Source of the DNA: Acidimicrobiales bacterium
GTDB lineage: Bacteria > Patescibacteriota > Minisyncoccia > Phycocordibacterales > UBA918
NCBI GenBank assembly: GCA_047638595.1
Contig: JBLIMJ010000003.1
Location: 11,710 to 75,709 of the forward strand
Reading direction: 5' to 3'
DNA: 64,000 nucleotides
A program made the translations under genes and the position numbers. Below are positions 20,202 through 31,500 of the stretch, in pieces. The first letter of the stretch is position 1. Every line of letters begins with the position of its first letter. Below the pieces are notes generated by a model. That model was not told the DNA's origin, searched no databases, and was given only the letters and a program-made list of their open reading frames with translations.

Positions 20202-21383
20202 ATGACTATGCGAAAACAGATCTATCTATTGATGGCAATACGCGTCATACGCATGTTTCTCATCACGATGCCAATCATTGTTATTTATTGGCAATCACAT
20301 GGATTACGTATGCAAGACATCTTTGTGTTGCAGGTTGTATTTTCAATCGCTATAGTACTCTTCGAAATTCCTTCGGGGTACTTTGCTGATAAATACGGCA
20401 GAAAAACATCTATGTTACTTGGCAGTATTTTGGGTGTGACTGGGTTCTTTATATACTGGGCAATGCCGAGTTATCTGGGGTTTATACTTGCTGAAATCAT
20501 ACTTGCACTATCGAGTGGTTTTCTCTCTGGATCACGAGACGCACTTTTGTTTGAAACACTCAAGCAAAATGGAGAAGAATCTCATTATGCAAAATATCAA
20601 GGAAGGATATTTGCTACAGGTAATGTATCTGAAGCTGTTGCGGCGATATGTGCAGGTATTATTGCAAGCATGAACAGTATCGAGACCGTGTTATTGATTC
20701 AATGGATTGTGATGCTTATAGCTATACCGCTCACACTTATGCTCAGAGAAATACCAAACGGTGCTGAGATGAAAACTCCAACGCTTTTGAAAATTCTTCA
20801 CGGAAACTTCAAAGAGAATAAAAGACTTCGATTCCTTAACTTCTATACAGGAGGTATTAGTGCCGCAACACTCACTATGGTGTGGTTTGCACAACCATAC
20901 TGGAAAGAGCTCGAGATAAACATTCTTTATTTTGGTTATCTGTGGGCAGGATTAAATCTTCTAGTGGCTCTCGGGGCAGTTGTAGCTCATAGGCTTGAGA
21001 AACGTTTGTCCTTCCGTACTCTGTTTGTCGGAATGGCAATACTTCCCTTCTTACTCTACATGTTTGTAGGGTACACAAACGTGACTATCTTTGCAGTTAT
21101 TGCAATCGCAAGTTTCTGGCTTCTAAGAGGAGTGGCGCAGCCAATCATTCAAGATTATGTGCAACGTGAATGTAAAGACGGTGAACGTGCAACAGTACTC
21201 TCAATTAACGCACTAGTCTCACGACTCACCTTTTCTATCTTTTCACCTTTCTTAGGATGGGTTGCGGACGTATGGTCATTCCAAGTTGCATTCGCAACTT
21301 CGGGTGTAATCTTCGGAATCATTTCCCTCACGAGTTTTATACTTCTGTATAAAGAAATGGGAAAAAATGTAGAAATGACCTGA
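20202..21383 (+). CDS. MFS transporter
   Basis: FEIPSGYFADKYGRKTS motif A, ~12 TM, ERATVLS. Confidence 0.92.
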   Translation: MTMRKQIYLLMAIRVIRMFLITMPIIVIYWQSHGLRMQDIFVLQVVFSIAIVLFEIPSGYFADKYGRKTSMLLGSILGVTGFFIYWAMPSYLGFILAEIILALSSGFLSGSRDALLFETLKQNGEESHYAKYQGRIFATGNVSEAVAAICAGIIASMNSIETVLLIQWIVMLIAIPLTLMLREIPNGAEMKTPTLLKILHGNFKENKRLRFLNFYTGGISAATLTMVWFAQPYWKELEINILYFGYLWAGLNLLVALGAVVAHRLEKRLSFRTLFVGMAILPFLLYMFVGYTNVTIFAVIAIASFWLLRGVAQPIIQDYVQRECKDGERATVLSINALVSRLTFSIFSPFLGWVADVWSFQVAFATSGVIFGIISLTSFILLYKEMGKNVEMT

Positions 21384-21462
21384 AGGGGTAACCCTTCAGG
21401 TCATTAATTACATCTGGCCAACTGCCATGGTTTCTTAAATTTATGCAGCCAGGGGGTACAGC

Positions 21463-21815
21463 ATGCAAGTACGTAAAGTACTCATTCGTGCGGTTTCCTC
21501 TGGTGATGCCGAGAGAAATTCGCCCTTAATCAATTACCTAAACCTTATGAGAAAGGTTCTATTCAAAAATACCAGACAGAAGTAGATACACTGTCTGAAG
21601 ATAGAAACTCGATTGTTGTCACTATCAGCACAATGTTTGAGGTAAGACGGATACGAGAAATACTCGCAACATCTCAAACAGAAACAGTGGAAGTATCTTG
21701 TCCAAATGAGGTCACCTTCAAGGCGACACATTGCAACAAGCAGCAGAATGAACAAGCCGGTTTGGAAAATAGTTTTAAGAAACTATTTTCCAAACCGGCT
21801 TTATTTATCCATTGA
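21463..21815 (+). pseudogene. Possible frameshifted small gene
   Basis: MQVRKVLIRAVSSGDAER from ATG 21463 (GGGGG SD) overlaps a second frame KFALNQLPKPYEKG.. open from ~21510 into ORF 21633-21815. Confidence 0.35.
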
Positions 21816-21909
21816 TATAATCGTTCATTCGCCGACCCTGGGTATGTACTTATTTTAATATTGTGTCATTATACACGTATCAAATCCTAACTGAGAAAGG
21901 AGTAGGAAG

Positions 21910-22206
21910 ATGTTTGATGTTCACCATGACCCCCCTTGTGCTGCTGGTAGACATGTATGCATTCATGGCGAAGAATTTCAACTCATGGAATTTCTTGAGC
22001 ACATACGAGAAATTGCGAATGACTTTATCCTAGATGAAAATTGGAATAAAAATGCAGATGGAATTATTCTTGTGTTGTGTCTGCAAGTTTTTCCAGGGGA
22101 CCCAGAAGTTTTGTTTAATGTTCTAGAAGAAGAACGAAAGAATTTCTGGCCAACACTGACAATACAGAACGAGGGAGAAGAACTATGTCAAAGGAAACAA
22201 ACCTAG
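21910..22206 (+). CDS. Hypothetical protein (98 aa)
   Basis: GAAAGGAG SD, ATG, hairpin at ~22211-22255. Confidence 0.6.
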   Translation: MFDVHHDPPCAAGRHVCIHGEEFQLMEFLEHIREIANDFILDENWNKNADGIILVLCLQVFPGDPEVLFNVLEEERKNFWPTLTIQNEGEELCQRKQT

Positions 22207-22255
22207 ACATAAAAAGAGTCTGCAATACATTTCAAAATGTGCAGACTCTTTTTTA

Positions 22256-24532
22256 TTACTTAGCTACAGCAACTGCTTCATCAAACTTCACTGAAAGGAG
22301 TTTTGAGACACCGTCACCTCCCATAGTTACACCGTAAAGGATACCGGCGCGACTCATAGTTTCCCGGTTATGGGTAATGAGAATTAACTGTGACTTCTCA
22401 GCTAATGCTTGAATCATGTCACCATAGCGCCTTGAGTTTGCTTCATCTAGGGCTGCATCAGTCTCGTCAAGAATAATAAACAAAGGAGGGTTCACCTGAC
22501 TCATCGCGAAAATAAGTGCAATAGATGTCAGTGCACGTTCACCACCGCTGAGCATATCAAGTCCCTTCACACGTTTGTTTGGAAGTTTTACATCAAGTTC
22601 TATTCCCTCTTGTGCTTCTTCGTCTTCCATCTCTTCATCAATCTCTATTTCCTCACCAAATTCATTGATGTCTTTGGTTTTTCGTTTCACCTTAGGTTTG
22701 ATACGCAACAGCTTCGCTTCTCCCCCTCCGAACATCAGTGCGAAGAATCGGGTAAATTCTGTTCCAATCTTATCTAAGCCTGCAACAAACTGTTCATTGA
22801 GTTGAGCAGTCAAATCCGTAATCAGCTCCTCAAGTTTTACTACAGAAGTTTCAAGGTCATCAATTTCATGTACCAGAAACTCATCACGTTCTTTCACTTC
22901 TTTATATTCCTTTTCAATATCCTCATTAGCACCACCAAGTTCTTCAAGGCGTATTTTCATTTTTTCGAGTTCCCGTCTACGTTCTCGTTGCAACTGACGA
23001 TCTTCTTCTGCAATGACTTTATTGGTCACCGTCTTCCCTTCAGCAACAATTTCAAAGCGAAAGTACTGCGCTGCACCACTACCTATAAGAGAAACTGCTT
23101 CTTGCAACTCTCGCTTGAACTCCATACGATCCCGTTCAAGCACTGACAACTCACCTTCGATCTGAGAAAGCTCATTCTCCGCTTCACGTTGTTCACCCAC
23201 AATGCGGAATACTTCTCGTTCAGCTTCACGGCTTTCATGACTCTCAGCCTCAATAGACTGCCTCAATGATTCATACTGTGCACTTACCACTTCTTCTTTC
23301 TGTGCGATATCGACGATGTCTTTTTCATTCTCTTGCAGCTCTTTTACAATATCCTTAAGCTCTTTTTCTTCCACTTCAGTATTTATCGTAACAACTCCTG
23401 CTGCTGACTGTACGAATTTACGGAATGTATGTACCACGTCTGAAAGCGCGCGTTGCAACATGTTCACGTCGTCACTTTTTACAGCTTTGTCTACCGACGT
23501 TTCAATAGCTTGTAATATTTTCTTCACCTCACCAATTGGTATAGGTGCTTCTGATTCTGAGGTACTTTTTTCTTGAGCTTGTCGAATACGACGCTCTAGA
23601 AAACTTACCTGTCCTTCAAGTTGTCCACTTTTCCTTAATAAGGTTTGACGTTCAGAGCGTATAGTAGACATCTGTTCCTCCAATGAAACAAGCTCTCCAC
23701 TCTTTTCATCATTCTCACTTGAAGCCAGTACCTTCTTTGATTCAATAAGCTGCTCTTTTAGTTCACCTATCTTTTGAGAAGGGCTTTCACGCTGTAACTT
23801 TAGTCTGTCTGTATGGTGCGCAATATATGTATCTTCGCGTTTTAGATACTCACTGTATATGGTCGTGAGATCTTCACGAAGTTTTATGGACCGTTCAATC
23901 TTCTTTACTTGACGCTCTAAGAATTTCAAATGTGGTGCTACTTCGCGACGCAACTGTTGTACCCGTTCTATGTTCTCACGAGTTTTTTTGAGCTTCTTTT
24001 CTGATTCATTTTTTTTGTATTGAAATACCTTTAAGCCCAAAGCATCCTCAATCATTTCACGTCGCTCTTTTGCGCTTGCAGACAGAATCCTGTCAGCCTC
24101 TCCTTGCGAAATGATATGATGACCAGAAGGACCAATGTTTGCCGCAGCAAGTAATTCCTGAACATCCTTGAGGCGAACTTTTGAGCCATTTATCTGATAC
24201 TCATTTTGTCCATCTCGATGAACCGTGCGTTCGAGAACAATTTCATCAAAATCAACGGGGAATACTCGTTTACTATTATCGAGTATTATTGACACTGAGG
24301 CACGATTTCCCCGAGAAATACTGTCTGAGCCGTTAAAGATAAGGTCTTCTCCCTTTTTTCCACGCATGGACTTTATCGACTGCTCACCAAGTACAAACCG
24401 GAACGATTCAGCGACGTTTGATTTACCAGACCCGTTAGGTCCTACAATAGAAGTAATCGGTGCACTAAACTCAAGCTCGCCTTTTTTAGCAAATGATTTA
24501 AATCCAGAAATTGTGAGATGTTTGAGGTACAT
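22256..24532 (-). CDS. smc: SMC family chromosome segregation ATPase (short coiled coil)
   Basis: GFKSFA, VGPNGSGKSN Walker A, ISQG Q-loop, LSGGE signature, ILDETDAALD; start ATG 24532. Confidence 0.93.
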   Translation of the reverse strand: MYLKHLTISGFKSFAKKGELEFSAPITSIVGPNGSGKSNVAESFRFVLGEQSIKSMRGKKGEDLIFNGSDSISRGNRASVSIILDNSKRVFPVDFDEIVLERTVHRDGQNEYQINGSKVRLKDVQELLAAANIGPSGHHIISQGEADRILSASAKERREMIEDALGLKVFQYKKNESEKKLKKTRENIERVQQLRREVAPHLKFLERQVKKIERSIKLREDLTTIYSEYLKREDTYIAHHTDRLKLQRESPSQKIGELKEQLIESKKVLASSENDEKSGELVSLEEQMSTIRSERQTLLRKSGQLEGQVSFLERRIRQAQEKSTSESEAPIPIGEVKKILQAIETSVDKAVKSDDVNMLQRALSDVVHTFRKFVQSAAGVVTINTEVEEKELKDIVKELQENEKDIVDIAQKEEVVSAQYESLRQSIEAESHESREAEREVFRIVGEQREAENELSQIEGELSVLERDRMEFKRELQEAVSLIGSGAAQYFRFEIVAEGKTVTNKVIAEEDRQLQRERRRELEKMKIRLEELGGANEDIEKEYKEVKERDEFLVHEIDDLETSVVKLEELITDLTAQLNEQFVAGLDKIGTEFTRFFALMFGGGEAKLLRIKPKVKRKTKDINEFGEEIEIDEEMEDEEAQEGIELDVKLPNKRVKGLDMLSGGERALTSIALIFAMSQVNPPLFIILDETDAALDEANSRRYGDMIQALAEKSQLILITHNRETMSRAGILYGVTMGGDGVSKLLSVKFDEAVAVAK

Positions 24533-24540
24533 AGTCTGTG

Positions 24541-25071
24541 CTACCTTGTGAAAAAACAAATATCATCTCCTTCAGCTTGTGGGTTGGGATTAGAAGTCCA
24601 TAAATAATTTGTTTGGTTAGAAGGGAGGTATGTTTGTAATACTTCATCAGGACCAACACTGCATAAAATTGTGTAATACACTTCCGCAGAGACTCTGTAA
24701 TTATTATCATATGCATATGGATTTCCCCACACGTCTTCGTAAATAGGGCTCGGGGTAATCAAAGGAGTCATAGAGTCAGCAACCGTTCGCCAGCTATTTA
24801 TCGTTCCTGCACTTGTTGCTCCATAACCACATGCACTGCAGTTATCTACCATAGCGTCTATAGTGCTCGGAGGGTATCCACCTGTTTGCTCTCTATATAA
24901 CTTAAAGTGTAGTTCAAACAATTCAACAGCTGCTGTTTCTGCCTTAACTTTTGCATTCTCGCGCGCTTGGATGGTGGACACAAGTACTACGGAGGTAAGT
25001 AAGCCTATAATAGCTATTGTTACAAGAAGTTCTATTATAGTAAAACCTTGTACTGGGGATGTCTTTTTCAT
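24541..25071 (-). CDS. Type IV pilin / GspG-like protein
   Basis: G|FTIIELLVTIAII prepilin motif, DVWGNPYAY, SVGPD; start ATG 25071. Confidence 0.88.
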   Translation of the reverse strand: MKKTSPVQGFTIIELLVTIAIIGLLTSVVLVSTIQARENAKVKAETAAVELFELHFKLYREQTGGYPPSTIDAMVDNCSACGYGATSAGTINSWRTVADSMTPLITPSPIYEDVWGNPYAYDNNYRVSAEVYYTILCSVGPDEVLQTYLPSNQTNYLWTSNPNPQAEGDDICFFTR

Positions 25072-25085
25072 ATACGATATTTTAC

Positions 25086-25130
25086 CATGCACAAAGGGAG
25101 GAAAAGCAAAGCTTTTCCTCCCTTTGTGCA
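25086..25130 (-). terminator. Hairpin downstream of rnc
   Basis: atgcacaaagggaggaaaagc-aaa-gcttttcctccctttgtgcat. Confidence 0.6.
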
Positions 25131-25243
25131 TACGTTCTTTCTCACCCTTCTTACGTTTATAAATCAATGAGTAATCAGATGCTTATACATGAGTATTTTT
25201 TAAATACAGTAGAAACAAACTTGTGTACACAATCTTTAGCCAC

Positions 25244-25948
25244 TTACCAGTTTTTTGCTTCAAGGGCATTCTCAGCAGCAGCTTGTTCTGCTTCTTGTTT
25301 TGCACGTCCGGTACCTTCTGCAATTTTTCCTTCTCCTAAAAATACACCAACAGTAAATACCCTATCGTGGTCTGGTCCCACTTGTGCAAGAGTTTCGTAT
25401 GTTGGTGTTGTATTTTTATTTTCCTGAGCCAATTCCTGAAAACGACTTTTAGCATCTTGCCACAGCCGTTTCTCAACAATTTTTTCTGTTTTTGGGAACA
25501 AGTGGTCAGCAATAAATTTCTGCGATGCATCATATCCTTGGTCTATATACAGTGCACCAATAAGCGCTTCAAACGCATTAGCGAGAATATACTGTCGCGC
25601 GCGACCTGTATCTTTTGCTTCTCCTTTGGACATCAGTAAGAAATCATTGATACCCAACTTACCTGATGCGTCCGCAAGCGACACCGTATTCACTAATGCA
25701 GCACGAACGGCAGTAAGTTCTCCTTCAGGTTTTTCTGGGTACTTCTTAAAGAGGAAATCGGTCACCACCAACTCAAGCACCGCATCACCAAGAAATTCTA
25801 AGCGTTCGTTATGGTCTTGCTTTGCGTCACGGTTTTCGTTTAAAAACGATCTGTGCGTCACCGCAGTAAGGAGGTTTATTTTTTCATTAAAGGTGAAGCC
25901 TAATAATGTTTCAATTTTGGATACGTCTATATTTTGTTCATCTGCCAT
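25244..25948 (-). CDS. rnc: Ribonuclease III
   Basis: NERLEFLGDAVL signature; C-terminal dsRBD. Confidence 0.97.
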   Translation of the reverse strand: MADEQNIDVSKIETLLGFTFNEKINLLTAVTHRSFLNENRDAKQDHNERLEFLGDAVLELVVTDFLFKKYPEKPEGELTAVRAALVNTVSLADASGKLGINDFLLMSKGEAKDTGRARQYILANAFEALIGALYIDQGYDASQKFIADHLFPKTEKIVEKRLWQDAKSRFQELAQENKNTTPTYETLAQVGPDHDRVFTVGVFLGEGKIAEGTGRAKQEAEQAAAENALEAKNW

Positions 25949-26095
25949 AGTTACCTATAGTTATGTCTGCTAATGAGTGACACGCGAAATACATTACAAC
26001 AAACCTTTTTAGGTTTTCTATAATCTATCAACGAGTCTGTTTTACTATACACGAAGTGTGCATTTTTGCGAGACTCCATCAACTCCTCTACTTCA

Positions 26096-26222
26096 TTAGT
26101 GTCGAAGAAATAGAGTGCATTTCAAGGCATGCAAGGGATTTTACTTGAGTGGGGCGCACAGCCCAGCGAAAGTAAAATTGCCGCAGCATAACGCTGAAAG
26201 GCGCCTATTTCTTCGACACTAA
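26096..26222 (+). repeat. ~127 bp structured repeat, divergent copy (overlaps nusB 3' end)
   Basis: Perfect 18 bp outer IR ttagtgtcgaagaaatag / ctatttcttcgacactaa; inner attttactt-gag..aagtaaaat architecture like the other copies. Confidence 0.8.
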
Positions 26223-27098
26223 CATTGTGATGGCTTTGGTCACGATAGGTAGTATATCCTCATAGAAATTCAATTCAAGAATATCTGCCACTTTAAACCA
26301 TTGTGCATCATCAAGTCCTCCTTTGTTCTCAAGCTTCAGTTCTGAGTGTGGTGCGCTTGCAAGAAAGTAAGTAACTTGTTTTCGAACCTTGCCGAGCTCA
26401 GGATGAGATGCAACATATTCGTTGTGACCAAGTTCCGCCTCAATAGTAATATCAGCATCAATTTCTTCTTTTAGCTCACGGACAGCACCCGCTTCCACCG
26501 TTTCTCCTTCCTCAATCTTACCTTTTGATAACGTCCAATGACCAAAAATATCATGTACGAGTGCTAGATACATCACCTCATCATCCATCGCATATACCAC
26601 AGCTCCTGCCAGACGCTGGATAGGCATTTCGTCAAAAGGCACAGCTTTCTTTCGCTTTCCTTGTTCCTCTTTTCCCGGTTCACCAATTTCTTTATATACT
26701 GCACCAAGTACCCCATTTACAAATCGACTACTGTTCTCACCTCCAAACTGTTTCGCAAGCTCAATAGCTTCATTGATAGCAACTTTCGCGGGTACTTCTT
26801 TTCGGTCCGCAAACAAAAGCTCATAAAGTCCTAAGCGTAGGATGTTTCTATCTACTGGTGAAATACGATCAATAGGCCACTCGGGAGCAGCTTTTTCAAT
26901 AACCTGATCTAGTTCTGATTGCTTACCAAGAACCCCATCGAGAAGTTTCTCAATGAAAGGATTGTCGGTTTTATTTGGAGCGAATTCTTCTACATTACGT
27001 TCCAGCACCTCGAGAGTTCCTTTTTTATCTATATCGTTTAAATCCCACTCAAAGAGTGTCTGGAGAACGATTGACCGTGATAAATGTCGATTTGCCAT
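26205..27098 (-). CDS. nusB: Transcription antitermination factor NusB fused to a C-terminal NUDIX domain
   Basis: VDRNILRLG, AINEAIELAKQFG, SRFVNGVLG; then KGKIEEGETVEAGAVRELKEE Nudix box. Confidence 0.93.
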   Translation of the reverse strand: MANRHLSRSIVLQTLFEWDLNDIDKKGTLEVLERNVEEFAPNKTDNPFIEKLLDGVLGKQSELDQVIEKAAPEWPIDRISPVDRNILRLGLYELLFADRKEVPAKVAINEAIELAKQFGGENSSRFVNGVLGAVYKEIGEPGKEEQGKRKKAVPFDEMPIQRLAGAVVYAMDDEVMYLALVHDIFGHWTLSKGKIEEGETVEAGAVRELKEEIDADITIEAELGHNEYVASHPELGKVRKQVTYFLASAPHSELKLENKGGLDDAQWFKVADILELNFYEDILPIVTKAITMLVSKK

Positions 27099-27196
27099 GA
27101 AATATAATGTACTAACTTCTACTGCCCAAAGTATACCATTATGTTTTGAGCAAAAATCCGGCGTATGCCGGATTTTTGTGGATTATTCTGATTCGT

Positions 27197-27502
27197 TTAT
27201 TTTTCTTCTTTGGTTTCTACGGTTGGAGCTGCTGAAACAGCTTCTGCTTCAGAAGGTGCAATTGATTCAGCTTGTGAGCTGATTACATCCTTTTTAGCCT
27301 GCATACGAGCATCTCGTTTTGCTTTCTGGCCCGCTAAATCCATTACCTGTCGTCCTTTGTAAAAACCACATTGTAAACACATGTGATGTGGTCGGTGTTC
27401 AGCTCCACAATTCTTACACACAGACAAGGTCGGTGCAGTAAGCGCGTGGTGTGAACGGCGGTTCTTTGTATGAGCCCGCGTATGTCGCATTCGAATTACC
27501 AT
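27197..27502 (-). CDS. rpmF: 50S ribosomal protein L32 (Zn-ribbon type) with C-terminal extension
   Basis: [25 protein letters not shown]. Confidence 0.94.
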   Translation of the reverse strand: MVIRMRHTRAHTKNRRSHHALTAPTLSVCKNCGAEHRPHHMCLQCGFYKGRQVMDLAGQKAKRDARMQAKKDVISSQAESIAPSEAEAVSAAPTVETKEEK

Positions 27503-27629
27503 AAGATTTGTTACTTAGTGGGCAGAACTATAGCAAATATAGAGAAATATGCAATAGAAAAGGCGGGTCAAGGTGACCCGCCTTCAAAGCTCACATCAAC
27601 GGCTGAGCTTTGTTAGTGCAACGTAGCGA

Positions 27630-27842
27630 TTACATCGATTTGAATTCTTTACATGTTTGCCGTACAGCTGTGAGGCCTGGTCTAATACAACACTTAATAT
27701 GTGTCGGTCCGTATTCAGAACCATTATCAAACCTATGTGGTCGTGTGCTTCTGTATTTTTTACAGCTGATGCAGCAAGGCTGCTTCTTTTGAATCAAATT
27801 CGTGTCACTGACTACTTCTTCTTTTTTTTCTTCTAGTCTCAT
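27630..27842 (-). CDS. Small Cys-rich hypothetical protein (70 aa)
   Basis: CCISC..CC..C pattern; GGGG upstream; hairpin aaggcgggtca..tgacccgcctt downstream. Confidence 0.4.
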   Translation of the reverse strand: MRLEEKKEEVVSDTNLIQKKQPCCISCKKYRSTRPHRFDNGSEYGPTHIKCCIRPGLTAVRQTCKEFKSM

Positions 27843-27908
27843 CCCAACCCCGTTTCAGTATAAATTTGCAAGGAAGTGTTGGTGAAATCTATCAGAATGT
27901 TTTTTATA

Positions 27909-28538
27909 CTACAACAGAATTATATTTTTGCAATAGCTTTTTCGGTGTTCTGAGGATAATCCGTTCTGAGCAATCGATTCTCTATGAGCTTTCGTTCCAT
28001 AGCCTTTATGAGTAGCAAACATATACGGTGCGAATTTTGGTTGTGCAGAAATGCGTACCATATACCGATCACGTGTCACCTTTGCCATAATTGATGCAAG
28101 CCCAATTACCTTTTCCTTCGAATCACCTTTAATGATTGTTTCTTGGTGGGTAAATTCTTTAGGAGCTTTTAATCCTCCGTCTAACTTAACGGTATAGGCA
28201 TCATACTCAATACCGCAATTAACAGGGTCGCTAACGACGCTGTTAATTGCGGAATACATTGCCTTGGTTACCGAAGCTACAATTCGTATCTCATCTATCT
28301 CTATGGCGGATACCATTTCAACTGCGTAGGTTAATTTTCCTTCACTTTTCAATTGTGTTGCAATCTCAAAGATTACTTCCCGTTTCTTCTCAGTGAGCTT
28401 CTTACTATCATTTACACCTGGTATCTGCTCCCAGTCAAAATCAAAAGGGACCATTGCCACCCCAACAGACACTGGGCCTGCCAGAGGGCCACGACCTGCT
28501 TCGTCTATCCCTATGGTGTATTTAGAATTCATTGACAT
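27909..28538 (-). CDS. rnhB: Ribonuclease HII
   Basis: GIDEAGRGPLAGPV, DSKKL, ASIMAKVTRD, KGYGT. Confidence 0.96.
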   Translation of the reverse strand: MSMNSKYTIGIDEAGRGPLAGPVSVGVAMVPFDFDWEQIPGVNDSKKLTEKKREVIFEIATQLKSEGKLTYAVEMVSAIEIDEIRIVASVTKAMYSAINSVVSDPVNCGIEYDAYTVKLDGGLKAPKEFTHQETIIKGDSKEKVIGLASIMAKVTRDRYMVRISAQPKFAPYMFATHKGYGTKAHRESIAQNGLSSEHRKSYCKNIILL

Positions 28539-28598
28539 AGTGTAACAAATCTATCCACATGTAAGACAAAACAATTCTTTTGGTATACTTACACAACT

Positions 28599-31500
28599 AT
28601 GTCAGAACCTCAGGAAACACCTATGAAAAAAGCGGAATTTGTGCACTTGCACACACACTCAATGTATTCGCTTCTCAATGCAGTCCCGACACCTAAAGAA
28701 CTCGTAAAAGCTGCTCAGGAAGACGGGCAACATGCAATGGCTATTACTGACGCAGGTGCCTTATACGGTGCTATAGACTTCTATATTCAGTGTCAAAAAG
28801 CGGGCATAAAACCCATTATAGGCATTGATGCTTTTTTGGCGCCACGTACACGGTTTGATAAAGAAATGATGGACCGTCCTCGTGCTCGACTAGTGCTCTT
28901 GGCTAAAAATAACATTGGGTACAAGAACCTCATTAAGATGGTCACTATCTCAAACACTGAAGGTTTCTACTACCGAGCACGTATGGACCATGAGCTTCTG
29001 AAAGAAAACAGTGAGGGACTGATTTGTATTATTCCTTCATTTGCAGGAGAGACCGTGCAGCATCTGAAAAATAACGACCTTGAAAAAGCTGAGGCTTCTC
29101 TTGCATGGTACAAAGAAATCTACGGGGAAAATCTCTATCATGAAATCACACACCATCATGAAATTCTTGATCATTCTGAACTGCAGGAAAAAATAAAGAC
29201 CCTCGCGCAAAAAGGCGACGTTCCCTTGGTGGCTGCACAAGACGTCTACTACATGCACAAAGATGATTCAGTGATACGAGCATTGATGATGAAAATCCAA
29301 AGTGGCGGTGTCATTGATCCTGACGAAGCGCGGAGTGAAGATTTTTCTTTCAAGACGCAAGAAGAAATGAAGGAGGCTTTTAAAGACACTCCAGAAGCAA
29401 TCGAAAATACTGTTAAAATTGCTGAACAATGCAATGTAGAAATTGTACTCGGACAGGAAGCCTGGAAATTTCCTGACTACAAAATAAAAAGTGGCAAAAA
29501 CTCAGACGATGAACTTCATGAAATGGCCTATGATGGAGTAACGTGGCGTGGCCACGACATCGAAGATCCTGTCATTAAAAAACGAATCGACTACGAACTG
29601 GAAGTTATTAAGACAAAGGGCTATTCAACATACTTTCTTGCAGTAGGTGACTTACTTCGTGAAGCACGTGAACGAGGAATCTACACTACTATTCGTGGTT
29701 CTGTTGCGGGCTCGTACGCAACGTACGTACTTGGAATTACAAACGTGGACCCATTAGAGTACAAACTCCCCTTCGAACGATTCTTAAACCCTGAACGACC
29801 ATCTGCCCCTGATATTGATATGGACTTCGCCGACAATCGGCGTGACGAGATTATTGAATACGCAAAAGAAAAGTACGGTGCTGATAAAGTTGCACAAATT
29901 GGAACGTTTGGAACGATGATGGCACGTGCGGCAGTAAAGGACGTTGCACGTGCACTAGGACATCCATACTCCACAGGTGATCGTATCTCAAAGCTTATTC
30001 CTATGGGAAGTCAGGGATTCGCCATGACTATTGACAAGGCCATGGAGATAGAACCTGATCTTGCAAAACTATACAAGCAAGACAGCGAATCAAGGCAGGT
30101 AATCGATCTGGCAAAACGCATAGAAGGACGTGTACGACATATGGGTGTACACGCTGCGGGTGTAGTAATTGCACCGGAGCCATTAAACAACTTTGTGCCT
30201 ATTCAGGTTGACTCAAAAACGGGTAAACATGTCACGCAATACGAAATGCACTCTGTAGGTGAAGATGGTGTAGGACTTTTGAAGTTTGACTTCCTTGGTA
30301 TTAAAAACCTTGCTATTCTTGCTGATGCAGTAAAGCGGGTGAAGAAAATACACGACGCTGATGTTGATATTGAAAATATACCTGTTGATGATCAGAAGAC
30401 TTTCAACATGCTTGCCAAAGGTGAAACCGTAGGACTGTTTCAACTCAATGGTACGGGCATGACCTCGTTCCTAAAGCAACTCCAGCCAAGTACTATCCAC
30501 GATATAAATGCGATGGTAGCGTTGTATCGTCCTGGTCCGATGGAATCTATTCCTGACTACATCGAACGAAAGCATAACGCATCGCTTATCACCTACCTTG
30601 ATCCTCGTCTGGAAAAAATTCTTGATCGATCTTACGGAGTAATCACCTATCAAGATGACGTGATGATGATTTCAATTGCACTTGCAGGGTATTCTTGGTT
30701 AGATGCTGACAAGCTGCGTAAAGCTATGGGGAAGAAAATTCCTGAGGTAATGGAAGCTGAAAAAGCCAAGCTTATGGATGGCTTCCGTGACTACGGAAAG
30801 CTTAATCCTTCCGTTTCAGACAAGCTTTGGGCACTGATTGAGCCTTTTGCCGCATATGGATTTAACAAGGCTCACGCGGCATCCTACGGCCGTGTAGCGT
30901 ACCAAACAGCCTATATGAAGGCTAACTATCCTCCTGAATACATGGCCGCCGTGCTTACTGCAGACTCAGGTGATACTGAAAAAATTTCTGAGATTATTCA
31001 CGAGTGTGAGCGGATGGGTTTGGAAGTACTCCCCCCTGACATTAACGAGAGTTTCGCACCGTTTTCAGTGGTGCCGGCTAAGGGTGGTGCCTCTGCCAAG
31101 ATTCGCTTTGGTCTGACAACCATTAAAAACTTTGGGGAAGGTATTGCCAAGGCAATTATCGAAGAGCGAAAAGAGAATGGTGATTTCCAATCACTTACTG
31201 ACCTCCTGACTCGTGTGCACGACAAAAATCTCAATAAGAAATCAATCGAGGCATTGATTATGACGGGGGCACTAGATCGATTTGAAGAGCGTGGAAAAAT
31301 GCAGGCGAATGTAGGAAACCTTCTTGCATTTAACAAAGAACAAGTAGCTGGTATAGCTGCAAGTCAAGACTCACTTTTTGGCGGTTTGGATACTGCTATT
31401 AATGAACTGACACTCCATGACACAGAACCTGCTGGTAAAGAACAGAAGTTACTTTGGGAAAAAGAATTACTCGGTGTATATGTCTCAGGGCACCCATTGG

